Assembly (NCBI GenBank): GCA_011171075.1
Contig: DUFD01000008.1
Location: forward strand, 10,148 to 74,147
DNA from: Dehalococcoidia bacterium
GTDB taxonomy: Bacteria > Chloroflexota > Dehalococcoidia > Dehalococcoidales > Fen-1064
Reading direction: 5' to 3'
Length of the DNA: 64,000 bases
The stretch's first letter is position 1. Every line of letters starts with the position of its first letter. Below the pieces are notes generated by a model that saw only the letters and a program-made list of their open reading frames with translations, made no database searches and was not told the DNA's origin. Positions 47,818-56,006 of this stretch are shown here, one piece after another. Both the position numbers and the translations under genes were made by a program.

Positions 47818-49566
47818 CTAATTACCAGAACCTTTCCACCCTTCCGCACTCTCCATCAGCTCGCGAGCATTCTTCAGTGAAGTCTCCGTAATCTGTGAGC
47901 CGGCGAGCATGGCCGCCATCTCCTCGGTGCGGGCATCGCCTGCCAGCACCTCTAGTCGGCTGACGGTGCGGTCGCCGGAGACCTCTTTTTGCACCCGGTA
48001 GTGGGCGTCGGCGAAGGCCGTAATCTGGGGGAGGTGGGTAACGCATATCGTCTGGTGGTGGCGGGCCAGTGTCCAGAGCTTTTTACCGATTACCTCGGCG
48101 CTCCTGCCCCCCACCCCGATATCAATCTCGTCGAAGACCAGTACAGGGATGCTATCGGCCTCGGAGAGTACACCCTTAAGTGCCAGCATAAAGCGTGACG
48201 TCTCGCCGGTGGAGGCAATCCTGGCCAGGGGCTTGATAGGCTCCCCGGGATTGGTCGAGGCAAGGAACTCGACGATATCGGCGCCATCGTTAGTGAAGGC
48301 GTAGCTCTGGCCGTCAGGGTAGGGAATGCCCTCAGGGTCAGGGCTCCGTGATATGGCTACCTCGAACTGCACCTGTGGCATGTTCAGGTCTTGAAGCTCT
48401 TTTTCAACGCTCTTTTTCAGTTGCGCAGTTGCCCTGGTACGTGCCTCCGAAAGCTGAGCGGCAAGCTGCCCCATCTCCTGCTTGATGTGGGTACAGTTCT
48501 CTTCCAGCTCAAGTCGCCGTTCCGAGGAATGGGAGATGCCTTCCAGCTCGACGGCGGCTTCCTTACCGTAGTTAAGGATTTCAGTGATACTCTGCCCGTA
48601 TTTCCTTTTGAAGTCTTTGATTAACTCAAGTCTCGACTCCACCTCTGCCAGCCTTGCCGGGTCGTACTCGAGGCGGTCACTGTAAGTGCGGATGTCCTTG
48701 GTGGTCTCTTCGAGGCTGTAGAGGGCCTCTTCCAGTGATTCAAGCTGCGTTTTCAGGCCAGGGTCAGTCTCTACCAGCCTCTTCATCATCGCTACCGCCT
48801 CGTGCAGTCGGTCTAGTGCCGAGGACGGCTGGCCGGAGCTATCGTCACCGTAGAGCTGCCGGTAGACCTCGAAAGAAGATGCCTTGAGGTGCTCGGCGGA
48901 GGCAAGGACTTTTTGCTCTTGCTCAAGCTCCTCGTCCTCACCATCGTACAGTTCCGCCCGGTCAATCTCGTCGACCTGATAGCGCAAATATTCCTCACGG
49001 CGGGCCAGTTCCTGCTCATCTCGCGTGAGCGATTTCAGTTCCTGTTCCGCCTTATTGAGTTCCGCTGCCATGGAAGTGAAGGCCTGCCTCATTTCCAGGG
49101 TGTGGGAATAGGCATCCAGGAAGTCGAGGTGACTTCTGCTGTCGAGCAGGGACAGGTGCTGGCTCTGGCCATGTACGTCAATCAGCAGGCTCCCGATTTG
49201 CTGGAGCAGCCCTCTGGGCACCGCCTGCCCGTTAACCCGGATGATACTACGTCCCTGTCTTCGTAGCTCACAATAAATAACCAGAGTGTCTTCATCGGTG
49301 GCGAGCCCTTTTTCTGCCAGTACCTCTCTCAGTCCGGCATACTCCTTGTCCGGCGCTAGCGAAAAAACGCCCTCAATCTGGGCCTCATTCGCTCCGTGCC
49401 GTATCATCTCTTCGTCGGGTTTGCCCCCCAGTAATGCCTCGACGGCGTCAATCACCAGGGACTTGCCGGCTCCGGTTTCACCGGTAATAACGTTAAATCC
49501 AGGGCCGAGGTTCCAGTTTATGTCCTCGATAATGCCGATATCCCTGACCCTTAGCTCAAGCAGCAA
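47818..49566 (-). CDS. recN: DNA repair protein RecN
   Basis: 582 aa. MLLELRVRDIGII...VITGETGAGKS (Walker A), a long coiled-coil, and a C-terminal SMC signature / Walker B region (VLVFDEID). Confidence 0.95.
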   Translation of the reverse strand: MLLELRVRDIGIIEDINWNLGPGFNVITGETGAGKSLVIDAVEALLGGKPDEEMIRHGANEAQIEGVFSLAPDKEYAGLREVLAEKGLATDEDTLVIYCELRRQGRSIIRVNGQAVPRGLLQQIGSLLIDVHGQSQHLSLLDSRSHLDFLDAYSHTLEMRQAFTSMAAELNKAEQELKSLTRDEQELARREEYLRYQVDEIDRAELYDGEDEELEQEQKVLASAEHLKASSFEVYRQLYGDDSSGQPSSALDRLHEAVAMMKRLVETDPGLKTQLESLEEALYSLEETTKDIRTYSDRLEYDPARLAEVESRLELIKDFKRKYGQSITEILNYGKEAAVELEGISHSSERRLELEENCTHIKQEMGQLAAQLSEARTRATAQLKKSVEKELQDLNMPQVQFEVAISRSPDPEGIPYPDGQSYAFTNDGADIVEFLASTNPGEPIKPLARIASTGETSRFMLALKGVLSEADSIPVLVFDEIDIGVGGRSAEVIGKKLWTLARHHQTICVTHLPQITAFADAHYRVQKEVSGDRTVSRLEVLAGDARTEEMAAMLAGSQITETSLKNARELMESAEGWKGSGN

Positions 49567-49706
49567 TGCCTTCCTCCGCTAAAATCGACTTCATTGTACC
49601 ATTTTCTGGCAAAATCGGTTGCGTTTGGTCAATATACCTGAATAAGACTTGTCGTCCTACCTGTAAATAGCTAGAATATGGTTAAAGGAACCTGACGAGG
49701 TGTGTA

Positions 49707-50609
49707 TTGGGTGTTATTTCCCATAGCGAACCGGAACTGCACCGGCCGGACATGATTGTCGGCTGGCCCGGCATTGGTAATATCGGCATTATTACCGTCA
49801 ACGCCCTGAAGCAGCAGATTGAGGCCGAGGAGCTCGGTGAAATTGAGCCGTGGGACTTTTTCTATCCCAACAAGGTCATCATCCGGGCCGGCGTGCTGCA
49901 GGACGTTGAGTTCCCCGGTAGCAAATTTTACTACAAGAAGCTGGCCAACAGGGATATACTGCTTTTCGTCGGCGAAGAACAACCCTCCGGTCGGAACAGG
50001 GTGTACGCTGAGGGTGGCAAGGCCTATGAGATGGCCAATCTGGTGCTGGATGTAGCCGAGAAATTCGACTGTCGCCGGATATACACGTCCGGGGCAGCCG
50101 TTGCCCTCACCCATCATAGCCATAAATCGCGGGTTTGGGCGGTTGCCACCGAACGTAAGCTGCTCGCTGAGGTGAAGGGCTACGCCAATACCCTCCTGAT
50201 GAGTGAGGTTGAGGGTCGCGACAACCTGGGTAATATTACCGGTCTAAACGGCCTGCTCATCGGGGTTGCCAAGAAGCGAGGTTTTGAGGGCGTCTGCCTG
50301 ATGGGTGAGATACCGGACTACCTCTCGCGGGTGCCTTTCCCCTATCCCGGGGCGTCGCAGTCCGTTCTGGAGGTACTGGCTGCCATCCTGGGTGTCAAGG
50401 TTGATATTACCGCTCTCGATGATATGGTGACTCAAATGCAGGGTGTAATTGCCAACGTCTTCCGGCAGTTCCCCGATGAGGTCAGGGAGAGGATAGAGCA
50501 GCGTAAACAGGACGTACAGCCCGGGTCAATCACCGAAGAAGACGAAAAGTGGATAACAGACCACATCGATGACTTCTTCCGTCGCGAAGAGGATGATAAA
50601 GGCCAATGA
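49707..50609 (+). CDS. PAC2 (proteasome assembly chaperone 2-like) family protein
   Basis: 300 aa with a TTG start. ...EPELHRPDMIVGWPGIGNIG... N-terminal pattern and overall length typical of bacterial PAC2-family proteins. Acidic C-terminus. Confidence 0.7.
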   Translation: MGVISHSEPELHRPDMIVGWPGIGNIGIITVNALKQQIEAEELGEIEPWDFFYPNKVIIRAGVLQDVEFPGSKFYYKKLANRDILLFVGEEQPSGRNRVYAEGGKAYEMANLVLDVAEKFDCRRIYTSGAAVALTHHSHKSRVWAVATERKLLAEVKGYANTLLMSEVEGRDNLGNITGLNGLLIGVAKKRGFEGVCLMGEIPDYLSRVPFPYPGASQSVLEVLAAILGVKVDITALDDMVTQMQGVIANVFRQFPDEVRERIEQRKQDVQPGSITEEDEKWITDHIDDFFRREEDDKGQ

Positions 50610-51433
50610 GTGATATCCGTTTCTCGGGTGAACCTGAACTGCAAACCCCTGCCATGGTGGTCGGCTGGACGATGGATGCCGGCAGACTGGGGAGCAGGGT
50701 AACTGACTATCTCGTAGACAAACTCGGCGGGCAGGCCTTTTGCGAGATTGAGCCGGTTGATTTCTTCCCGCTCAGCGGAGTCACCATAGTCAACAATATA
50801 GTCTATTTCCCCGAGAGCAAGTTCTACGCGTGCCCCGAGAAGAACCTGGTGGTCTTTCAGAGTACGCCGCCCAGCTACGAATGGTATCGATTCCTCAACC
50901 TGATACTTGATGTTGCCCAGGACTACTGCCATGTCAGGGAAATCTACAATATTGGCAGCATGGTTGCTCTGGGGGCGCACACCGCTCCCCGTCAATTCTT
51001 CGGCACCATCAATTCAAACGAAATGAAGAAAGAATTAAGTGATTATTCCCTGACGAGGGAAATAGATTACGAGACACCCCCAGGCGGCAAGCCAACCCTG
51101 AATTCCTATTTTCTTTGGATGGCAAAGAGGAGACACGTCCCCGGTGCCAACCTCTGGGTGCCGGTGCCATTCTATCTCGTCTCGGCGGAGGACCCGGCGG
51201 CGTATCGCAGCATACTCGGTTTCCTCGACGACCGACTTGTTCTCGGGCTTGACCTTGCCGACCTCGATGAGCAGGCGCGACTCCAGAACGAGAAGATAGA
51301 CCAGGTACGCGCAGCACAGCCAGAGATTGACCGGATAATTAGTAAACTGGAACACGGTCTAAGGCTGGAGGAAGGTGAGGGTGAGAAACTGGCCGAGGAG
51401 GTCGGTGATTCTCTCAGTGAGTTCGAGGATTAA
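50606..51433 (+). CDS. PAC2 family protein (paralogue, translationally coupled)
   Basis: 275 aa. ...GEPELQTPAMVVGWTMDAGRLG... parallels the upstream gene. Its ATG overlaps the upstream TGA (ATGA at 50606..50609). Confidence 0.7.
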   Translation: MSDIRFSGEPELQTPAMVVGWTMDAGRLGSRVTDYLVDKLGGQAFCEIEPVDFFPLSGVTIVNNIVYFPESKFYACPEKNLVVFQSTPPSYEWYRFLNLILDVAQDYCHVREIYNIGSMVALGAHTAPRQFFGTINSNEMKKELSDYSLTREIDYETPPGGKPTLNSYFLWMAKRRHVPGANLWVPVPFYLVSAEDPAAYRSILGFLDDRLVLGLDLADLDEQARLQNEKIDQVRAAQPEIDRIISKLEHGLRLEEGEGEKLAEEVGDSLSEFED

Positions 51434-51467
51434 GGCACCTCAAGATAAAACATTAGTTTCGGGTCCC

Positions 51468-52142
51468 CTATGTTTCCTCCTGCTTTTCTGGCTCCTCCTG
51501 CTTGTCCGGTTCTGCTGATTTTTCTTCTTTCTTATCTACGGGACGCTCTCGCAGCCAGCGGTGAATTGTGTCCAGTGCCGGGGGCGCTACCATGAACACC
51601 TTTATGTCCTGGGGGAACTGTACATGGTGACCCTCCCTGATGAAAAGGATTGCCACCTCATTGGCTTCAAGGGTCTCGTCAATACGCTGTGCAATATGCT
51701 CGTAGCGTTTCGTGGCGGATTCGCGGTATAACTCGCCAACTTTCTCGGCCGCACCCCGGCTTATAAACCCGAAAAGCAGGAACCGCTCCCAGTCCATGCA
51801 CTCATTAGCCAGTTCCGCTTCTTCGGTTGCCTCGAGCGTGGCGCCAGCCTGAGTTCTTTCGTTGGTCATCTTGTAACTGTGGGGATTGAGCTGCTCCAGG
51901 GCTTTAAGCCCGTCCTCACCCCCGATGTAGAGTGATTCGTGATAGACCCGTCTGACCTTCCCTATCTTTGATTCCTGGTTGGCTATCTGTTCCTCTAGCT
52001 GATGCCAGTATAGTTCATATTTCTCCATGTATTCTTGGGGAGCATCCCTTCCGGCGTACAGCAGCGGTACGAGGTAGAGTTTACGCTCTTCGCTAAAGCT
52101 CTCTACGGGGGGTTTTTCTATCTTGACCAGTTCCTCAGACAT
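51468..52142 (-). CDS. Hypothetical protein (no family recognised)
   Basis: 224 aa. Good SD (GGGAGGA, 9 nt upstream), protein-like composition, and a Lys/Glu-rich C-terminal tail. Confidence 0.55.
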   Translation of the reverse strand: MSEELVKIEKPPVESFSEERKLYLVPLLYAGRDAPQEYMEKYELYWHQLEEQIANQESKIGKVRRVYHESLYIGGEDGLKALEQLNPHSYKMTNERTQAGATLEATEEAELANECMDWERFLLFGFISRGAAEKVGELYRESATKRYEHIAQRIDETLEANEVAILFIREGHHVQFPQDIKVFMVAPPALDTIHRWLRERPVDKKEEKSAEPDKQEEPEKQEET

Positions 52143-52596
52143 ATCCGGATTTCCTCCCGCAATACTTTTCAGGTCATCGTCGACCGTACTAAGAGACTCT
52201 TTCTCAGATTTTACCCCCTAGAGCTCGGAGTCGCAACCGTGGTTTTTGTGTGGATAGAGTTGCCAAATGGGAAAAAGTAGGATACACTGTAAATATGCTA
52301 CACTCTGTTTTTTCCGGCTATCATAATAATGGCGTGGTGGGGAGGTTCCACCTGCCAGGAGTGTCAGCATGGGAACGGTCCGTCTGCGGCGTTCGTGAGT
52401 TGAACATCAGGGAGGCAGTGAATATCAGGCGGTTACACATGACATTGCCTGCCTGAGAAGCTTGACCAACCCACCTTCTATTATTGTCCTCAAGTTGGCC
52501 TTCAAGTATAATATCGTATCTGTTTAGCTTAATATACAGGACAATCCTACCGACCCTTCATTGATAATATCTGGTAAGCGGGCGGGAGGAGGTAAA

Positions 52597-52980
52597 GTGG
52601 CTAATAAGAAATATAGTGCACTTCGCTCTCGCCTGGAGAGTGAACAAAAGCGTCTGGCTGATGAACTGGAACAGCTGCGAGTCGCCGCGTATCCGCCCGA
52701 GGAGAGACGCGAGGGGAGTCCTTTTGGCAAGCGTGAGGAGGAGGCTACCGAGAGTCTTGAGCTGGAACGGAGGCTCGCTTTGGAGAAACAAATACGAGAG
52801 CAATTGACCGACATTGAGGCTTCCCTGGTGAAATTTGATGAGGGTACCTACGGCAAGTGTGAGAACTGCGGCCAGCCAATAGCCCCAGAGCGATTGGAAG
52901 CATTGCCCCAGGCGAAGCTGTGCGTTGCCTGCAAAGCACTTCAGGCGAAAAATGCGAAAGGAAGATTCTCCCCTGGATAA
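52597..52980 (+). CDS. TraR/DksA family C4-type zinc-finger protein
   Basis: The GTG at 52597 follows GGAGGAGG. N-terminal coiled-coil, then CENC-(17 aa)-CVAC. The listed ORF starts at 52561. Confidence 0.8.
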   Translation: MANKKYSALRSRLESEQKRLADELEQLRVAAYPPEERREGSPFGKREEEATESLELERRLALEKQIREQLTDIEASLVKFDEGTYGKCENCGQPIAPERLEALPQAKLCVACKALQAKNAKGRFSPG

Positions 52981-53455
52981 ATGGCGGGGTGTGGTCCTCG
53001 GTATTTCCTTTCTGCTGGTAGTAATCGCCGACCAACTCACTAAGCTTTGGGTGAGGTCCTACGAAGAGGGTGAGGTTATCTATCAGCTTGGTTTCTTCCA
53101 GTTCACCCACGTGCAGAATACAGGGGCCTCTTTCGGTATATTCAAGGGGCATTCCTTTACCCTTATGATCGTTGATATAGTCGGTGTTATTCTTCTTCTG
53201 GCCATGGCCTTTTATGTATATCGCCGTCTTCCGTATCTGGTTAATCTATTGAATATCATAGCGTTTAGCCTGATACTGGGTGGCACCGTGGGCAATCTAA
53301 TTGACCGCCTTCGACTAGAACACGTTACCGATTTTATTGATGTTGGTTTCTGGCCGGTCTTTAATGTTGCCGATTCGGCGATTACCGTCGGTGTTATCGT
53401 GCTGGCGTTCTCTCTTATCCGTCTGGCCGTCAGCGAGAGGCGGCGCTCGACCTGA
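52925..53455 (+). CDS. lspA: Lipoprotein signal peptidase (signal peptidase II)
   Basis: ...DQLTKLWV..., [25 protein letters not shown]. The start is ambiguous (52925 or 52952). It overlaps the dksA-like gene. Confidence 0.9.
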   Translation: MPAKHFRRKMRKEDSPLDKWRGVVLGISFLLVVIADQLTKLWVRSYEEGEVIYQLGFFQFTHVQNTGASFGIFKGHSFTLMIVDIVGVILLLAMAFYVYRRLPYLVNLLNIIAFSLILGGTVGNLIDRLRLEHVTDFIDVGFWPVFNVADSAITVGVIVLAFSLIRLAVSERRRST

Positions 53456-53498
53456 ACTGGTATAATCCGCGTCGTTAGCTTAATCGGGGCTTACAGGG

Positions 53499-54416
53499 GT
53501 GATGTCAATCACTGGTTCCAGGGAATACAGCTTTATTGTAAGTGGTCAGGAAATTCGCCTTGACCGTTACGTTGCTGAAAACTGCCCTGAACTGACCCGG
53601 AATCAGGCTCAAAGGCTAATTGGTGACGGTCTGGTGCAGGTCAACGGCGTGGTTGCGAAGGCGAGCCTGAAGTTGAGCAATGGTGACCGGGTGAAGGTTA
53701 CCGTTCCCCCTCCAGAGTCCAGTATTTTAGAGCCGGAAATTATTCCTTTCACTGTTCTCTACGAGGATGATGACGTACTGGTGATTGATAAGCCAGCCGG
53801 GCTGCCGGTGCACCCGGCGCCGGGTCACCCGGACCACACGCTGGTAAACGCCATTCTTGCTTATCTGTCTGTACCGCCTGATACCGGCGACCCAATGCGA
53901 CCTGGTATCGTTCACCGGCTCGATATGGATACCTCCGGCGTGATGCTGGTGGCCAAGAACCGGACAGCCCAGGCCAGCCTCGTGGAGCAGTTCAAGACAC
54001 ATACGGTGGTCAAGCTCTACCTGGTTCTGGTCAAGGGACGTCTTTCCCCGGAACATGGGGTTATTGAGGCGTCTATCGGGCGTGCCTCCCACAACCGCAA
54101 GCGCATGGCGGTCGTTGACGAAGGGCGGGGTCGGCCAGCCCGTACCGAATACCGGGTCTTGAAGTACCTTAGCAGCTACTCCTTGCTTGAGGTCACTCCA
54201 GAGACCGGCCGCACTCATCAGATTCGGGTACATCTGAAGGCAATCGGCTATCCGGTCGTCGGTGATGCTACCTACGGTGTGAAATCGGCATTTCTCTTGC
54301 GGCAGTTTATCCACGCTTCACGGCTCGGCTTTCGCCTGCCCTCCAGCGGGGAGTATGTTGAGTTTGAAGCTGCCCTGCCACCCGACCTGGAGAAAGCCCT
54401 CGAGGACATCGGGTAA
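53499..54416 (+). CDS. rluD: RluA-family 23S rRNA pseudouridine synthase (RluD-like)
   Basis: 305 aa. N-terminal S4 domain, catalytic HRLDMDTSGVMLVAK, and ...GRTHQIRVHL... Confidence 0.9.
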   Translation: MMSITGSREYSFIVSGQEIRLDRYVAENCPELTRNQAQRLIGDGLVQVNGVVAKASLKLSNGDRVKVTVPPPESSILEPEIIPFTVLYEDDDVLVIDKPAGLPVHPAPGHPDHTLVNAILAYLSVPPDTGDPMRPGIVHRLDMDTSGVMLVAKNRTAQASLVEQFKTHTVVKLYLVLVKGRLSPEHGVIEASIGRASHNRKRMAVVDEGRGRPARTEYRVLKYLSSYSLLEVTPETGRTHQIRVHLKAIGYPVVGDATYGVKSAFLLRQFIHASRLGFRLPSSGEYVEFEAALPPDLEKALEDIG

Positions 54417-54438
54417 GTTAGTTTGTAGGGGGGAGTCA

Positions 54439-54468
54439 AAGAGGGGCGTAGCCCCTCTTTTTTTCTTT
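54439..54468 (+). terminator. Rho-independent terminator after rluD
   Basis: AAGAGGGGC-GTA-GCCCCTCTT followed by TTTTTCTTT. Confidence 0.8.
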
Positions 54469-54472
54469 CTTC

Positions 54473-54496
54473 CCCCTCTCCTTCGAAGGAGAGGGG
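54473..54496. repeat. Perfect 24-nt palindrome
   Basis: CCCCTCTCCTTCGAAGGAGAGGGG equals its own reverse complement. A second 10-bp-stem hairpin follows at 54504..54539. Confidence 0.9.
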
Positions 54497-54572
54497 ATTA
54501 AGGCCTGCCTGCCATCGTCACGAAGGGACGGCGGGCAGGGGGTGAGGCTGGACAAATGTCATGTCAAATTGG

Positions 54573-54602
54573 TTGGAATATTGGCAGGTGAGGTGGTAGA
54601 AT
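54573..54602 (+). promoter_or_regulatory. Sigma-70-like promoter (TTGGAA-18 nt-TAGAAT)
   Basis: TTGGAA at 54573..54578 and TAGAAT at 54597..54602, about 20 nt upstream of the start of gene 54622. Confidence 0.35.
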
Positions 54603-54621
54603 TAGGCGTAATGGCTCAGGA

Positions 54622-55368
54622 GTGAGGGTAAGGGTGAAAGAGGCTGTAAGTATCGGCATGATAGGCGACTATGACCCGGAGCGTCCCGCACACCAGGCGG
54701 TTATCGCTGCCCTCGGTCACGCTGCCGACCACCTGTCGATAAAGCTGGATGTCTGCTGGCTGCCGACGGAATCCATGTTAAAGTTACGATACCAGGAGGA
54801 GTTGGAGCAGTTTGCCGGCCTCTGGGCAGCCCCGGGTAGTCCTTACCAGAGGATGGATGGTGCGCTCAGGGGAATCCAGTATGCACGGGAGATGAACCGG
54901 CCATTCCTCGGGACCTGAGGGGGCTATCAACATACTCTGTTAGAGTATGCGAGAAATATCCTGGGAATTCGCGATGCTGGACATCTGGAGAATAACCCGG
55001 ACGCAGTGACACCGTTGATTGTGCTGGTCTCGTGTCCCGTTCCTGAGCGCTCCGAGGGTGCTCCCAGGCTCTCAGGGAGGTTAAAAATACAGGTCAGTCC
55101 TGACTCATTAGCCTCAAGTATATATCAGTGTTCTGAGATTGAGGAAGAGTTCAATTGTAACTATGAATTGGACCCATCATACCAGAGCGTAATGGAAGAT
55201 GGCGGAATGCGTATTACTGGTGTAGGTGAGAACGGGGAAGCCAGGATTGTGGAGCTGGATAGCCATCCTTTCTATATGGCTACGGCATTTCAGCCCCACT
55301 TCTCATCAGAGAAAGACAAGCCACATCCTTTAATTGTTGCTTATTTGAAGGCGGCTTCGAGTCTCTGA
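54622..55368 (+). CDS. Stand-alone class I glutamine amidotransferase-like protein related to the CTP synthase C-terminal domain, with in-frame TGA (54916..54918) at the nucleophile position: candidate selenoprotein, alternatively a nonsense pseudogene
   Basis: ORFs 54622..54918 and 55006..55368 share one frame, and the 87 nt between them has no other stop. The joined protein reads ...NRPFLGT-[TGA]-GGYQHTLLEYARNILGI...DSHPFYMATAFQPHF...KPHPLIVAYLKAA, which parallels PyrG ...PYLGICLGMQ...HPFF...FHPEF...PHPLF. Confidence 0.6.
54931..54949 (+). promoter_or_regulatory. SECIS-like hairpin 12 nt downstream of the in-frame TGA
   Basis: CATACTC-TGTTA-GAGTATG: a 7-bp stem and a 5-nt loop containing GU. 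The first stem base is 12 nt after the A of the TGA. Confidence 0.45.
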
Positions 55369-55445
55369 GTTACTTATCAGTAGATAACAGGAGAGCGATT
55401 ATAGGTAAGCTCCCATTGATATAGGTAGACTGGAGGTTTATTTAC

Positions 55446-56006
55446 ATGCTGGCCAGACGGATACCCAGGGAAAGTTATACAGTCGACTATGCTGGATTCT
55501 GGGCAAGGTTCTTTGCCTTTCTGATTGACACCCTGATTCTGGTTGCTATCATCTGGTTATACAATGGTATCTGGGGACTGGCCAGTGGCACTGGATTCTG
55601 GGGTGAGGAGGTCACGGACACCTTCCAGCCTGGCGCAGTGGCAGGCTCAGGCTCGTCTTTCTGGATTTTAAGCAGCGTCATTCTGTTTCTTATAGTAGTG
55701 GCCTATTTTATCTGTTTCTGGGGTTGGCGTGGCCAGACGCCGGGTAAAATGGTCATGAGGATGAAGATTGTCCGTTTTGACGGCACCAAAATAGGCTGGG
55801 GGGGTGCTGTCGTGCGGTTTCTAGGTTATATCATATCGGTTCTGCTGGCCTTGATTGGATTTTTCTGGGTTGCCTATGATTCCAGAAGGCAGGGATTCCA
55901 CGATAAGATTGCTGATACCTTCGTGATTACGATTCCTCGCATACCGTTATCTGCTCCCAGGGTCTCAAGATATGATAGCGAGAGAGCTTATGAGGCCAAT
56001 CATTAG
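55446..56006 (+). CDS. RDD family membrane protein
   Basis: 186 aa. ...FWARFFAFLIDTLIL..., GQTPGKMVMRMKIV, and RRQGFHDKIADTFV, the RDD signature residues. Confidence 0.8.
   Translation: MLARRIPRESYTVDYAGFWARFFAFLIDTLILVAIIWLYNGIWGLASGTGFWGEEVTDTFQPGAVAGSGSSFWILSSVILFLIVVAYFICFWGWRGQTPGKMVMRMKIVRFDGTKIGWGGAVVRFLGYIISVLLALIGFFWVAYDSRRQGFHDKIADTFVITIPRIPLSAPRVSRYDSERAYEANH

Noticed and set aside
49567-49706. LexA/SOS box upstream of recN (also upstream of dinB, 27390..27470)
   Set aside because: I looked for GAAC-N4-GTTC (the Gram-positive / Dehalococcoides-type box) and CTGT-N8-ACAG and found neither by eye. The nearest thing is GTAC...GTATTC-like sequence near 27433..27451, which does not fit a known consensus.
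50560-51433. HbYX proteasome-docking motifs at the C-termini of the PAC2 paralogues
   Set aside because: The C-termini are ...DDKGQ and ...SEFED. Neither has hydrophobic-Tyr-X as the last three residues, so I make no claim of proteasome docking.
52249-52257. DnaA-box-like 9-mer TGTGGATAG
   Set aside because: It has a single one-mismatch match, far from dnaA, with no cluster of boxes around it. It is probably there by chance.
54622-55368. Annotating 54622..54918 and 55006..55368 as two independent small genes
   Set aside because: They share a frame. Similarity to the CTP synthase GATase domain continues straight across the gap, including the 29 codons between the TGA and the second ORF's Met. 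One gene with a single TGA (Sec or nonsense) explains the data better.
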